Source: a virus
Taxonomy: Duplodnaviria; Caudoviricetes
Reading direction: 5' to 3' (one strand)
Virus record (IMG/VR): IMGVR_UViG_3300046779_001039
Location: 1 to 25,763 of that record
Length of the DNA stretch: 25,763 bases
In this document: piece after piece, positions 8,562 to 15,729 of the stretch
Numbering within the stretch: the first letter of the stretch is position 1
Layout: each line of letters starts with the position of its first letter
Translations under genes and position numbers: made by a program
Notes under the pieces: generated by a model
Seen by the model: only the letters and a program-made list of their open reading frames with translations
Told to the model about the DNA's origin: nothing
The model's database searches: none

Positions 8562-9959
8562 ATGGCAAATGGTGTTTTAGGTGCGTGGGATCTGTTACCA
8601 GGTGTTCCGCAAGCAATCTATGTATGTAACAACGATCAAGCAACGGTTCTAACACTTAATTTTGTTAATCGAAGCAATGTTCCTGCAGACGTTCGAGTAT
8701 CTATCGGTACTGGCGGTTCAGTGCAAAACGCAGCAGAATTTTTAGAGTTTGACACACAAGTTGAACCTAAAGGTGTTCTTGAAAGAACTGGTTTAATTGT
8801 TGGACCAGGCATGTATCTTGTTGTAACAAGCGATGCACCCGACTCAAATGCTAACTGCTGGGGAGTTGAAGTAGGAACACAGCTTACTTCTGCAAACATT
8901 ACACAAAATACAGGAACAGCACCTACTTGGGTTACAGCAGCTGGTTCGTTAGGAACTATAACGGTTGGGACTAACGAAATCGAATCTTTACAGTTATCTG
9001 CTACACATCCAAACCGTTCCACTTTACAGTACTCTGTAACCAGCGGATCATTACCGGCTGGAATGTTTTTACAATCAGACGGCCTTTTAGTTAACAGTGG
9101 TACTACAACATATACTAGTGGTACTACTGGACAAACTACAAACTTTGATATAACTGCATCAAATGGTACTAACACTTCGGTTAGATCATTTTCTATTACT
9201 AAAAAGTGGTATGATGGTAGTAGTTCTACTTTGGCAGCAAAAGATGCTGTTTCTTTAAAACTCCATACTGGACTAACCACTAATGGAAACTATTGGATTA
9301 ACTTACCAACAGTTGGACCGACTTTGGTTTATTGTGACCTAAGTACAGATAATGGTGCATGGATGAGATTAGCGTATGCCGGATCTGTATCCGGTGTTGG
9401 AAATAGCAATCATATTGTGTTCCATCAATTTGGCAACGTAGGTTTTTCTCGATCATACGGGGACGTTTCCTTTAGTCGATTTGATCTTGCAAGATTAATG
9501 GGCGCCAGTGCAAACTCAAGACTAATGTGGCGTCGATCTACTGATAACAACGTTATTTTAATCCATAATATGGGTGAACTTTGCAATCGTATCCCTGGTG
9601 CTATTCGTGCTGGAAATATGGATATGAATGGCACTGGTGCAGGATTTCCAATCAGCGAAATGAAAATGTCTATTACTGGTCCAACTGGTCTAGTATCGAG
9701 AGCAGTTGGTACGGGCAGATATGAAAATGGTCCAAGCTATCCTGGTATTGCATGGAACTCTACATACAATAACAACAGTGACAACGTTGGTTCGTTCACT
9801 ACATTCTTAAACCGTCGTTCAATCATTTATTGGGAAACAAATGGTCCACAGTCTAACGGACAATGGTTCCACGGTGACCCATTGCAGCTAGGACCTGCAC
9901 GTGGCCCAACATTCGGTCAAGGTAAATTAGATATTGAAGTTTATTTTATGCCTTATTAA
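8562..9959 (+). CDS. virion structural protein with Ig-like and fibrinogen-like/lectin C-terminal domains
   Basis: Start moved to ATG 8562 after the GGAG SD; LQYSVTSGSLPAGM Ig-like motif; NGNYWI...VYCDLSTDNGAW fibrinogen-like motif. Confidence 0.7.
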   Translation: MANGVLGAWDLLPGVPQAIYVCNNDQATVLTLNFVNRSNVPADVRVSIGTGGSVQNAAEFLEFDTQVEPKGVLERTGLIVGPGMYLVVTSDAPDSNANCWGVEVGTQLTSANITQNTGTAPTWVTAAGSLGTITVGTNEIESLQLSATHPNRSTLQYSVTSGSLPAGMFLQSDGLLVNSGTTTYTSGTTGQTTNFDITASNGTNTSVRSFSITKKWYDGSSSTLAAKDAVSLKLHTGLTTNGNYWINLPTVGPTLVYCDLSTDNGAWMRLAYAGSVSGVGNSNHIVFHQFGNVGFSRSYGDVSFSRFDLARLMGASANSRLMWRRSTDNNVILIHNMGELCNRIPGAIRAGNMDMNGTGAGFPISEMKMSITGPTGLVSRAVGTGRYENGPSYPGIAWNSTYNNNSDNVGSFTTFLNRRSIIYWETNGPQSNGQWFHGDPLQLGPARGPTFGQGKLDIEVYFMPY

Positions 9960-9969
9960 TCTAGCCAGA

Positions 9970-10002
9970 ACTGTTGATTTTAATTCAACAGTCTGCTAAA
10001 TT
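9970..10002 (+). promoter_or_regulatory. inverted repeat overlapping a possible promoter (TTGATT-N17-TAAATT with extended TG)
   Basis: ACTGTTGA (9970-9977) / TCAACAGT (9985-9992); -35 at 9974-9979, -10 at 9997-10002. Confidence 0.45.
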
Positions 10003-10044
10003 AACACAGTAGAGTGAATATAACTCACAATTAAGGAGAAATAA

Positions 10045-10251
10045 ATGGCTACCAATATTAATAGACACCCAGAATTTGCAGCACTAGTTGAGGCTATGGA
10101 AGGCGACTTTGAAAAGTTTTATGACAAAGAAGTTGGCGCAGCAGGTACTAGAGTTCGCAAGCACTTACAAGAGCTAGCAAAGCTATGTAAAGAAATCCGT
10201 AACGACGTTACCGCAGTTAAGAACGCACGTAAAGAAGCATCTGGCAAATAA
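10045..10251 (+). CDS. histone H1-like (Hc1-family) small protein
   Basis: DFEKFYDK..AAGTRVRKHLQEL..L..EIR..V pattern; strong AAGGAG SD. Confidence 0.75.
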   Translation: MATNINRHPEFAALVEAMEGDFEKFYDKEVGAAGTRVRKHLQELAKLCKEIRNDVTAVKNARKEASGK

Positions 10252-10254
10252 TCA

Positions 10255-10283
10255 TTGACCTAATCCAAAATTGGCAGTATAAT
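10255..10283 (+). promoter_or_regulatory. sigma70-type promoter (TTGACC-N17-TATAAT)
   Basis: TTGACC at 10255-10260, TATAAT at 10278-10283; overlapped by a 12-bp inverted repeat. Confidence 0.8.
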
Positions 10284-10313
10284 ACATGTTATATTAACAA
10301 TTTTGGATTTTTC

Positions 10314-10691
10314 ATGAGTATGCATTTAGAAGGCCCGTGGCTTAGTACCACTGGCAAGAAAAAAGGCAAGAAAAAGTTCAAGAGTGCAGCACACGCAGCA
10401 AAAGCTCGCGAACTTGATGCAAGTTGGGAAGAACTTAAAAAGAAGTACGAAACCAAGGTAACTCCTAAGGCAGTACGTACTCAACTTCCAACGGACCATA
10501 AGCCGTTTCGTAGAGAAACACCGTATATTCCGAGCCTTAACAGTGCGGATGCTAATGGTGTTGCTACTAAGGCACCGGAAAAGATTTATACAGGGACCAG
10601 CATTGTTGGGATCGCAACCATGCATAAAAGCAATGCTGTTCCTGTGTTTAATAGCCAAGACGCCGTAGATATTTCCAAGATGCGGCGTTAA
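10314..10691 (+). CDS. basic phage hypothetical protein
   Basis: Lys-rich N-terminus; C-terminal YTG..GIATMHKSNAVPVF..DISKMRR motif familiar from T4-like phage hypotheticals. Confidence 0.75.
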   Translation: MSMHLEGPWLSTTGKKKGKKKFKSAAHAAKARELDASWEELKKKYETKVTPKAVRTQLPTDHKPFRRETPYIPSLNSADANGVATKAPEKIYTGTSIVGIATMHKSNAVPVFNSQDAVDISKMRR

Positions 10692-10738
10692 GGCAAAACT
10701 GTTAGTTTTTCCAGGTATTAATTTGGGATAACTATATA

Positions 10739-10847
10739 TTGCACCAAAGGGTTTTGGTGTAAGCAGTAAGGCTTTTAACGCACGAGGAGATGTATCGGAG
10801 CCGTATAAAGAGGGGAACTAGCGATTCCCTTATCCAGCGTAAAGGAG
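10739..10847 (+). ncRNA. candidate structured cis-regulatory 5' leader
   Basis: Hairpins at 10739-10762 and 10811-10831; long-range helix 10772-10781 with 10837-10845 overlapping the SD. Confidence 0.45.
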
Positions 10848-10853
10848 AAAAAG

Positions 10854-11384
10854 ATGATACGCATTATCAAAATTTTTGTTTCACTAGTTGCCTTGGCACT
10901 AGTAACATTTGTGGGGTATAAAGCAGTTAGCTATAAATTAGATACCCTTAAGACAGCTCGAACAGAAACGAGCCAAATTACAGCAGACATGCGTCAAAAG
11001 CAATTAGATTGTCTAGCTCGTAATATCTATCACGAAGCAGGCTACGAACCATTTGAGGGTAAAGTAGCAGTTGCACAAGTTACAATCAACCGTACAGAAT
11101 CAGGACAGTTTCCTAGCGATATCTGCAAGGTTGTTTATCAAAAGAACGTAGTGTACGAAAAGGTACTTTGCCAGTTTAGCTGGTACTGCGATCAAGCTTC
11201 TTTAAAAAAACCAATGAACGGACCTGTTTACACAGAGTCAATGGAAGTAGCAAAGAAAGTTTTGCTAGAAGGATTCCGCATCGACAGTGTTAAATCAGCT
11301 CTATATTTTCATGGAGACTATATTCAACCAGGTTGGAATAGAGTACGTGTAGCAAAAATTGGCCGTCACATTTTTTACAAGTAA
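10854..11384 (+). CDS. SleB-like cell wall hydrolase (Hydrolase_2) with N-terminal membrane anchor
   Basis: CLARNIYHEA..E...GKVAVAQVTINR, ICKVVYQ, CQFSW, ALYFH, IGRHIFY. Confidence 0.92.
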   Translation: MIRIIKIFVSLVALALVTFVGYKAVSYKLDTLKTARTETSQITADMRQKQLDCLARNIYHEAGYEPFEGKVAVAQVTINRTESGQFPSDICKVVYQKNVVYEKVLCQFSWYCDQASLKKPMNGPVYTESMEVAKKVLLEGFRIDSVKSALYFHGDYIQPGWNRVRVAKIGRHIFYK

Positions 11385-11393
11385 GAGGATATA

Positions 11394-11729
11394 ATGAATA
11401 CAGAACAAGTTAAGAAGTTTGCCAGTGATTTGTTTAATGCAGATCTTTGGGTTAAAAACATCAAAGAGCACGCACCGCATATTAGTGCAGAAACGGCTGG
11501 ATGGATTGCAATTGTTTTGTTCAATTTAGCGACAATTCCTACATTAGTTGCTATACTTACAGGACTAACTGAAAAAATGCCACCTGTTGATATGGTGCTT
11601 TTTAGCTGGTTAGGACTATTTTTGTTTTTTATTAAATCAGTTATTCAGAAGGATTTACTGAATATTGTAACAATCGGACTTGGGTTTTTTGCTCAGGCTG
11701 GGCTACTGGCGTTGATTGTTTTTAAATAA
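11394..11729 (+). CDS. small three-helix membrane protein
   Basis: Three hydrophobic segments; SD GAGGA; immediately after the hydrolase. Confidence 0.75.
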   Translation: MNTEQVKKFASDLFNADLWVKNIKEHAPHISAETAGWIAIVLFNLATIPTLVAILTGLTEKMPPVDMVLFSWLGLFLFFIKSVIQKDLLNIVTIGLGFFAQAGLLALIVFK

Positions 11730-11757
11730 ATACAAAATAACATTTTAGGAGCATACA

Positions 11758-12399
11758 ATGCCATCAGGATTCGTACAAGATACAAACCAATTAAGCCCAA
11801 ATCTATACAGAGTAGTTATCGATTTGTCCGGCTACCCAACTACAGACGGTAACACAAACGGAGCCGTTAGCCCAACTAGTTCAGATAACGTAGGATCTGG
11901 AGTTAACCAAATTTCAGCAAAGCCAACTTCATTAGCAGCAGGTAAACAACGTGCTCGCGGAAATATGCGTTTCCGTAACATCATTAACCGTCTAAGCGGT
12001 ATTGGCGATTGTCAAATTTTAGACGTCGAAGTTGGCGGACAAACTGACGGTGATAGTCAAGCAACAAGTTTGGCATTTACTGTTAAGTATGAGCGTCCAC
12101 AGGACTTGCTAAATGCTATCAGAACAGCAGTTTTTGCAGAATCTGGTTCATACAACAACGCAGGCAGCGTAGCAATCACTACTATTTTACTAGGTCTAGA
12201 AGAACTAGTTGTTCGTGGTGTGCGCGATGCAACAACAGCTAACGCTCGTGTTTATAACGGAACAGCCGGAACTGATAACCAGTTGTCGATTACTGTTGAA
12301 GCACCTGACACAGCATCTAACGTTTTAACTGATGTTACTGTTGCATTGATTGACGGTACTGAATTAACTACAGCTGACGAAGCTGGTTCAGCAGAATAA
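11758..12399 (+). CDS. hypothetical protein, probably virion-associated
   Basis: TAAATA motifs at 11723-11732 and AGGAG SD upstream; Gly/Ser/Thr/Ala-rich. Confidence 0.7.
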   Translation: MPSGFVQDTNQLSPNLYRVVIDLSGYPTTDGNTNGAVSPTSSDNVGSGVNQISAKPTSLAAGKQRARGNMRFRNIINRLSGIGDCQILDVEVGGQTDGDSQATSLAFTVKYERPQDLLNAIRTAVFAESGSYNNAGSVAITTILLGLEELVVRGVRDATTANARVYNGTAGTDNQLSITVEAPDTASNVLTDVTVALIDGTELTTADEAGSAE

Positions 12400-12406
12400 G
12401 GATTTT

Positions 12407-13564
12407 ATGATTTTAGCTTGGTTGTTACTTCTAACTGGTTTAACAATCTCAGCGGTCGCAATTTACTACTCTGTAGTAGGTTTGGCCGCTATTTTCTCTG
12501 CGGCAGTTATTCCAATTTATATTATGGGATCTGCACTAGAGGTTGCCAAACTAGTTTGCGCCAGTTGGTTAAAAGCCAATTGGGATAAAGCACCTACTCT
12601 GTTAAAGACTTACATGTCCGTAGCGGTAGTAGTACTCATGTTAATTACTAGCATGGGTATTTTTGGATTCTTATCAAAAGCACATAACGACCAAAACTTA
12701 GTAAGTGGCGATGTTCAAAGCAAGATTGCAATCTATGATGAAAAGATTAAAACTGCTAAAGATAACATCGACGCTAGCCGTAAACAACTTAAACAAATGG
12801 ACGAAGCCGTTGACCAAATTATGGCACGTTCAACCACCGAAGGCGGAGCCGATAAGGCAAATGCTGTTCGTAGAAGTCAGCAGAAAGATCGTGTTGCATT
12901 AGCCAAAGATATCGAAGCTAATCAGAAACTTGTTGCCAAACTTAATGACGAAGCTGCCCCTATAAGAGCAGAGATACGTAAAGTAGAAGCCGAAGTAGGT
13001 CCGTTAAAGTATATTGCTAAATTTATCTACGGTGATAACACTGACGAGAATATGCTTGAGAAAGCAGTTACGTGGGTTATTATCTTAATTGTTATTGTAT
13101 TTGATCCATTAGCAGTTATTATGCTCTTAGCTGCACAGATGACGTTTGCATGGCACAATCGTAATAAAGATCCACTAGCAGAAGAAGAACTATTGCACGA
13201 TACTGTTCCTTTGTATGTTGCTGATGTAGGTGAGAAACCAACTCAAGAAGAGTTGGCAGAAATTAATATTCCCGAAGAAGTTAAAGTAACTGAAGAATTA
13301 ACTCCATTAGATCAGTGGAACAAAATGATTGAAGAAGCAGAAGCTGAAGTTGCTAAACAAGTAGAAGAAACTACTATGCAAGATAGACTAGCTACTGGTG
13401 AATCTTATATTGACGGAAACGGAAACGAAGTTAAATTAGAAAATGAAATAGCATCATTGGAAAGACCAGGCGACTACTTAACCCCACCTGAAGAGGCTTC
13501 AAAAAAAAAGACGTACATGACGAAGGACGACAAGGGACAGACACAGATCAAGAGCAGGTCGTAA
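12407..13564 (+). CDS. membrane protein with coiled coil and acidic tail
   Basis: About three N-terminal TM segments, long heptad region, fourth TM (VIILIVIVFDPLAVIMLLAA), Glu-rich tail. Confidence 0.85.
   Translation: MILAWLLLLTGLTISAVAIYYSVVGLAAIFSAAVIPIYIMGSALEVAKLVCASWLKANWDKAPTLLKTYMSVAVVVLMLITSMGIFGFLSKAHNDQNLVSGDVQSKIAIYDEKIKTAKDNIDASRKQLKQMDEAVDQIMARSTTEGGADKANAVRRSQQKDRVALAKDIEANQKLVAKLNDEAAPIRAEIRKVEAEVGPLKYIAKFIYGDNTDENMLEKAVTWVIILIVIVFDPLAVIMLLAAQMTFAWHNRNKDPLAEEELLHDTVPLYVADVGEKPTQEELAEINIPEEVKVTEELTPLDQWNKMIEEAEAEVAKQVEETTMQDRLATGESYIDGNGNEVKLENEIASLERPGDYLTPPEEASKKKTYMTKDDKGQTQIKSRS
13504..13510 (+). other. -1 frameshift slippery heptamer A_AAA_AAG
   Basis: In-frame A AAA AAG within an A9G run; GAGG at 13493-13496; -1 frame open to 13848. 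Confidence 0.65.
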
Positions 13565-13848
13565 CAGACTATGTTCAAAACGCAGAGCAAACTGAAGGTT
13601 CAATTTGGTCTAGAATAAATGAAAACGTGTTTGGAAAATCCAAAGACGAATTGTATAGATTGTACGGTGCAGGAGCCTTTAAGACCCTAGAAATTAATCA
13701 AGAAACAGATCCTGAATTATTCAAATTTGTTAAAGAAACATTATCTAAAGGTCCAAAGTTCAGCAACTATACATCTATCAAACTTGAACAATTTTTAAGT
13801 AGGATATATGAACTTAGGAAAGATAACAGTAATAACACCGCCGGATAA
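13510..13848 (+). CDS. -1 frame extension of the 12407 membrane protein (includes ORF 13627-13848)
   Basis: Frame open from 13492 to TAA 13848 (DVHDEGRQG...YVQNAEQ...VFGKSKDELY...); the GTG at 13627 lacks an SD. Confidence 0.6.
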   Translation, partial: DVHDEGRQGTDTDQEQVVTDYVQNAEQTEGSIWSRINENVFGKSKDELYRLYGAGAFKTLEINQETDPELFKFVKETLSKGPKFSNYTSIKLEQFLSRIYELRKDNSNNTAG

Positions 13849-14227
13849 ACTATTCAATTTGAATCTAAGCTATCTGTTGGTCAAACCTTCGAGCACGGTA
13901 AAACAGCAATTTCAAGCTATCTTAAGCAGAAGCATCGATGATTTAAATATCTTTATCTTCGATGACGAAGAAACTGATATTAGTTGGATGCTTAGTGTAG
14001 CACAACAAGTAGATGTAGTAATCATTGATATTGATCATTGTGACCCTATTACAAAAAGTTTTGTCACATTTCTCCTTGCACAACCTAACGCACACTATAT
14101 AACTAAAGACGAGACGACTCCTTATAACCTAATTTCTAAAAACAGAATTTGGGACCTGGATAGTATCGTTGAACAGTTCGCCGAAGAAGAAGACGATGAT
14201 GAAGAGGATGACGATGGCATACAATAA
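13808..14227 (+). CDS. hypothetical protein (alpha/beta fold, acidic tail)
   Basis: AGGA SD before the ATG; alternating strand/helix pattern (LNIFIFD, VDVVIIDID). Confidence 0.75.
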   Translation: MNLGKITVITPPDKLFNLNLSYLLVKPSSTVKQQFQAILSRSIDDLNIFIFDDEETDISWMLSVAQQVDVVIIDIDHCDPITKSFVTFLLAQPNAHYITKDETTPYNLISKNRIWDLDSIVEQFAEEEDDDEEDDDGIQ

Positions 14228-14447
14228 AACAAAAGGTACTGGTATTACAGTTAAAGATTACGAAAACATTAATCAAGCCCTACGCCGATTTAAGCGTAAA
14301 GTTGAAGACGCAGGGACTTTGGATGTTTTACGAAGCAAAGAGCATTACGAGAAGCCAACCACTGCTCGTAAGCGTGCTAAAGGTGCTGCAAAAGCACGTT
14401 GGCGCAAGAAGCTCGAAAAAGAAAGCCTACCACCAAAAATGTATTGA
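14214..14447 (+). CDS. rpsU: 30S ribosomal protein S21 (phage-encoded bS21)
   Basis: Start moved to ATG 14214 after GAGGA; ALRRFKRKVE.AG....R..EHYEKPT..RKR signature. Confidence 0.93.
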   Translation: MAYNKTKGTGITVKDYENINQALRRFKRKVEDAGTLDVLRSKEHYEKPTTARKRAKGAAKARWRKKLEKESLPPKMY

Positions 14448-14472
14448 CATTTACTACTGTTTTTGCTATAAT
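14444..14472 (+). promoter_or_regulatory. consensus sigma70 promoter TTGACA-N17-TATAAT with extended -10
   Basis: TTGACA at 14444-14449, TG at 14464-14465, TATAAT at 14467-14472. Confidence 0.88.
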
Positions 14473-14502
14473 TAAAGCTCTTATAATAATGAAAGAGCAT
14501 AA

Positions 14503-15087
14503 ATGGCAAATACAGACGTAATGATCGATTTAGAAACATTGGCGACATCTTCGGATGCCGCCATTCTTACTATTGGAGCAGTGAAATTTGATCCTTTTGG
14601 TAAAGACCTTCAAGAACCTGCAATGGACACATTTTATGTCAAAGTCGATATTGATAGCTGCGATGCACTTGGTCTAGCAACTAGCGAAGACACTATTGCA
14701 TGGTGGGCACAACAAGAACAAGCAGCACAAGACGAAGCATTTAATCCTGATGGTCGCATTCACATTAAGGATGCGTTTGATCAATTGTATAAGTTTTGCT
14801 GGGGTGCTAGACGTGTATGGTCCAATGGTGCAGGCTTTGACATTGTTATTTGCGAAAATGTTTTTAAGAAACTACAAAAGGCAGTTCCGTGGAGTTTCTG
14901 GCAAGTGCGAGATGTACGTACTGCATTTGACCTAGGCATTAACCCACACCGCCCTCCAGTTCTTAAACATCATGCGTTAGAAGATGCATGGAATCAAGCA
15001 GTTGGCATTCAGAATGTTTATAACACACTACGCAGCTCTACAACTTCTGAAGGCAAGTACATTTCACCATTTTCGAAAGTGACTTAA
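14503..15087 (+). CDS. DEDDh 3'-5' exonuclease (Rv2179c/DexA-like)
   Basis: VMIDLETL, WSNGAGFD, RDVRT, HHALEDA. Confidence 0.88.
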   Translation: MANTDVMIDLETLATSSDAAILTIGAVKFDPFGKDLQEPAMDTFYVKVDIDSCDALGLATSEDTIAWWAQQEQAAQDEAFNPDGRIHIKDAFDQLYKFCWGARRVWSNGAGFDIVICENVFKKLQKAVPWSFWQVRDVRTAFDLGINPHRPPVLKHHALEDAWNQAVGIQNVYNTLRSSTTSEGKYISPFSKVT

Positions 15088-15668
15088 TGAATACATTAGA
15101 AACAGTTTCTGGAAAGAAGATTGATATTACAAATCCTTCGCCGGACGCTATTGAAATTACTGATATTGCATGGGCCCTTAGTCGGTTGCCTAGGTTTAGC
15201 GGCCATAGTATACCTTACATACCTTATTCCGTAGCACAGCATTGTATCCAAGTTGCTAAAGAATTAAGACCTTACGGTCCAAGATTTCAAATGCATGGAT
15301 TGTTGCATGATGCAGCTGAGGCATACATAAACGACTTGCCTAGTCCAGTAAAGCATCTTCCTGAGATACATGCCGTTATTAGTAAGTTAGAAACCCGCCT
15401 AATGCTAACAATCTACGAAGCGTTGGGCATAGAACCGCCTACTGAAGATGAAGAAATGATAGTTAAATTGTCTGATAAAAATCAGCAAGCAGTTGAAGCA
15501 TATAATTTTATGTACAGTAGGGGCAGTGATTGGAACTTGCCAAAAGTTGATTTTAAGAAGTTACAAGAATTTGAAGACCCTATGACTAGTGTGCAAGCAT
15601 ACGACAAATTTTTAGAATTTTTTAAATTTTTAACCACAGAATTAAACAAGCAAGGTTCTGTGAGATAA
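15087..15668 (+). CDS. HD-domain phosphohydrolase (YfbR-like 5'-deoxynucleotidase)
   Basis: RFSGH, YSVAQH, LLHDAAEAYINDLPSPVK. Confidence 0.85.
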   Translation: MNTLETVSGKKIDITNPSPDAIEITDIAWALSRLPRFSGHSIPYIPYSVAQHCIQVAKELRPYGPRFQMHGLLHDAAEAYINDLPSPVKHLPEIHAVISKLETRLMLTIYEALGIEPPTEDEEMIVKLSDKNQQAVEAYNFMYSRGSDWNLPKVDFKKLQEFEDPMTSVQAYDKFLEFFKFLTTELNKQGSVR

Positions 15669-15722
15669 ATAATTTTGTAGGACGCTTCGGGTTCTACATT
15701 ATTCTTGCTTAATTTAAGGAGA
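15666..15722 (+). promoter_or_regulatory. TAAATA motif plus ROSE-like RNA thermometer upstream of dnaK
   Basis: TAAATA at 15666-15671; cUUCGg hairpin at 15676-15698; TTCTTGCTTAATTTAAGGAGA at 15702-15722 (UUGCU opposite AGGAG). Confidence 0.65.
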
Positions 15723-15729
15723 AAACAAT

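Noticed and set aside
10692-10853. c-di-AMP (ydaO) riboswitch or tRNA upstream of the hydrolase
   Set aside because: The gene context is suggestive, but I could not find the ydaO conserved segments or a tRNA cloverleaf with a T-loop. Retained only as an unknown structured leader.
13627-13848. Independent 73-aa gene starting at GTG
   Set aside because: There is no SD and the frame is open back to the slippery site, so a frameshift extension explains it better. It cannot be fully excluded.
15087-15668. DatZ dATPase indicating a Z-base genome
   Set aside because: The HD family is generic and no purZ or mazZ is visible in the window.
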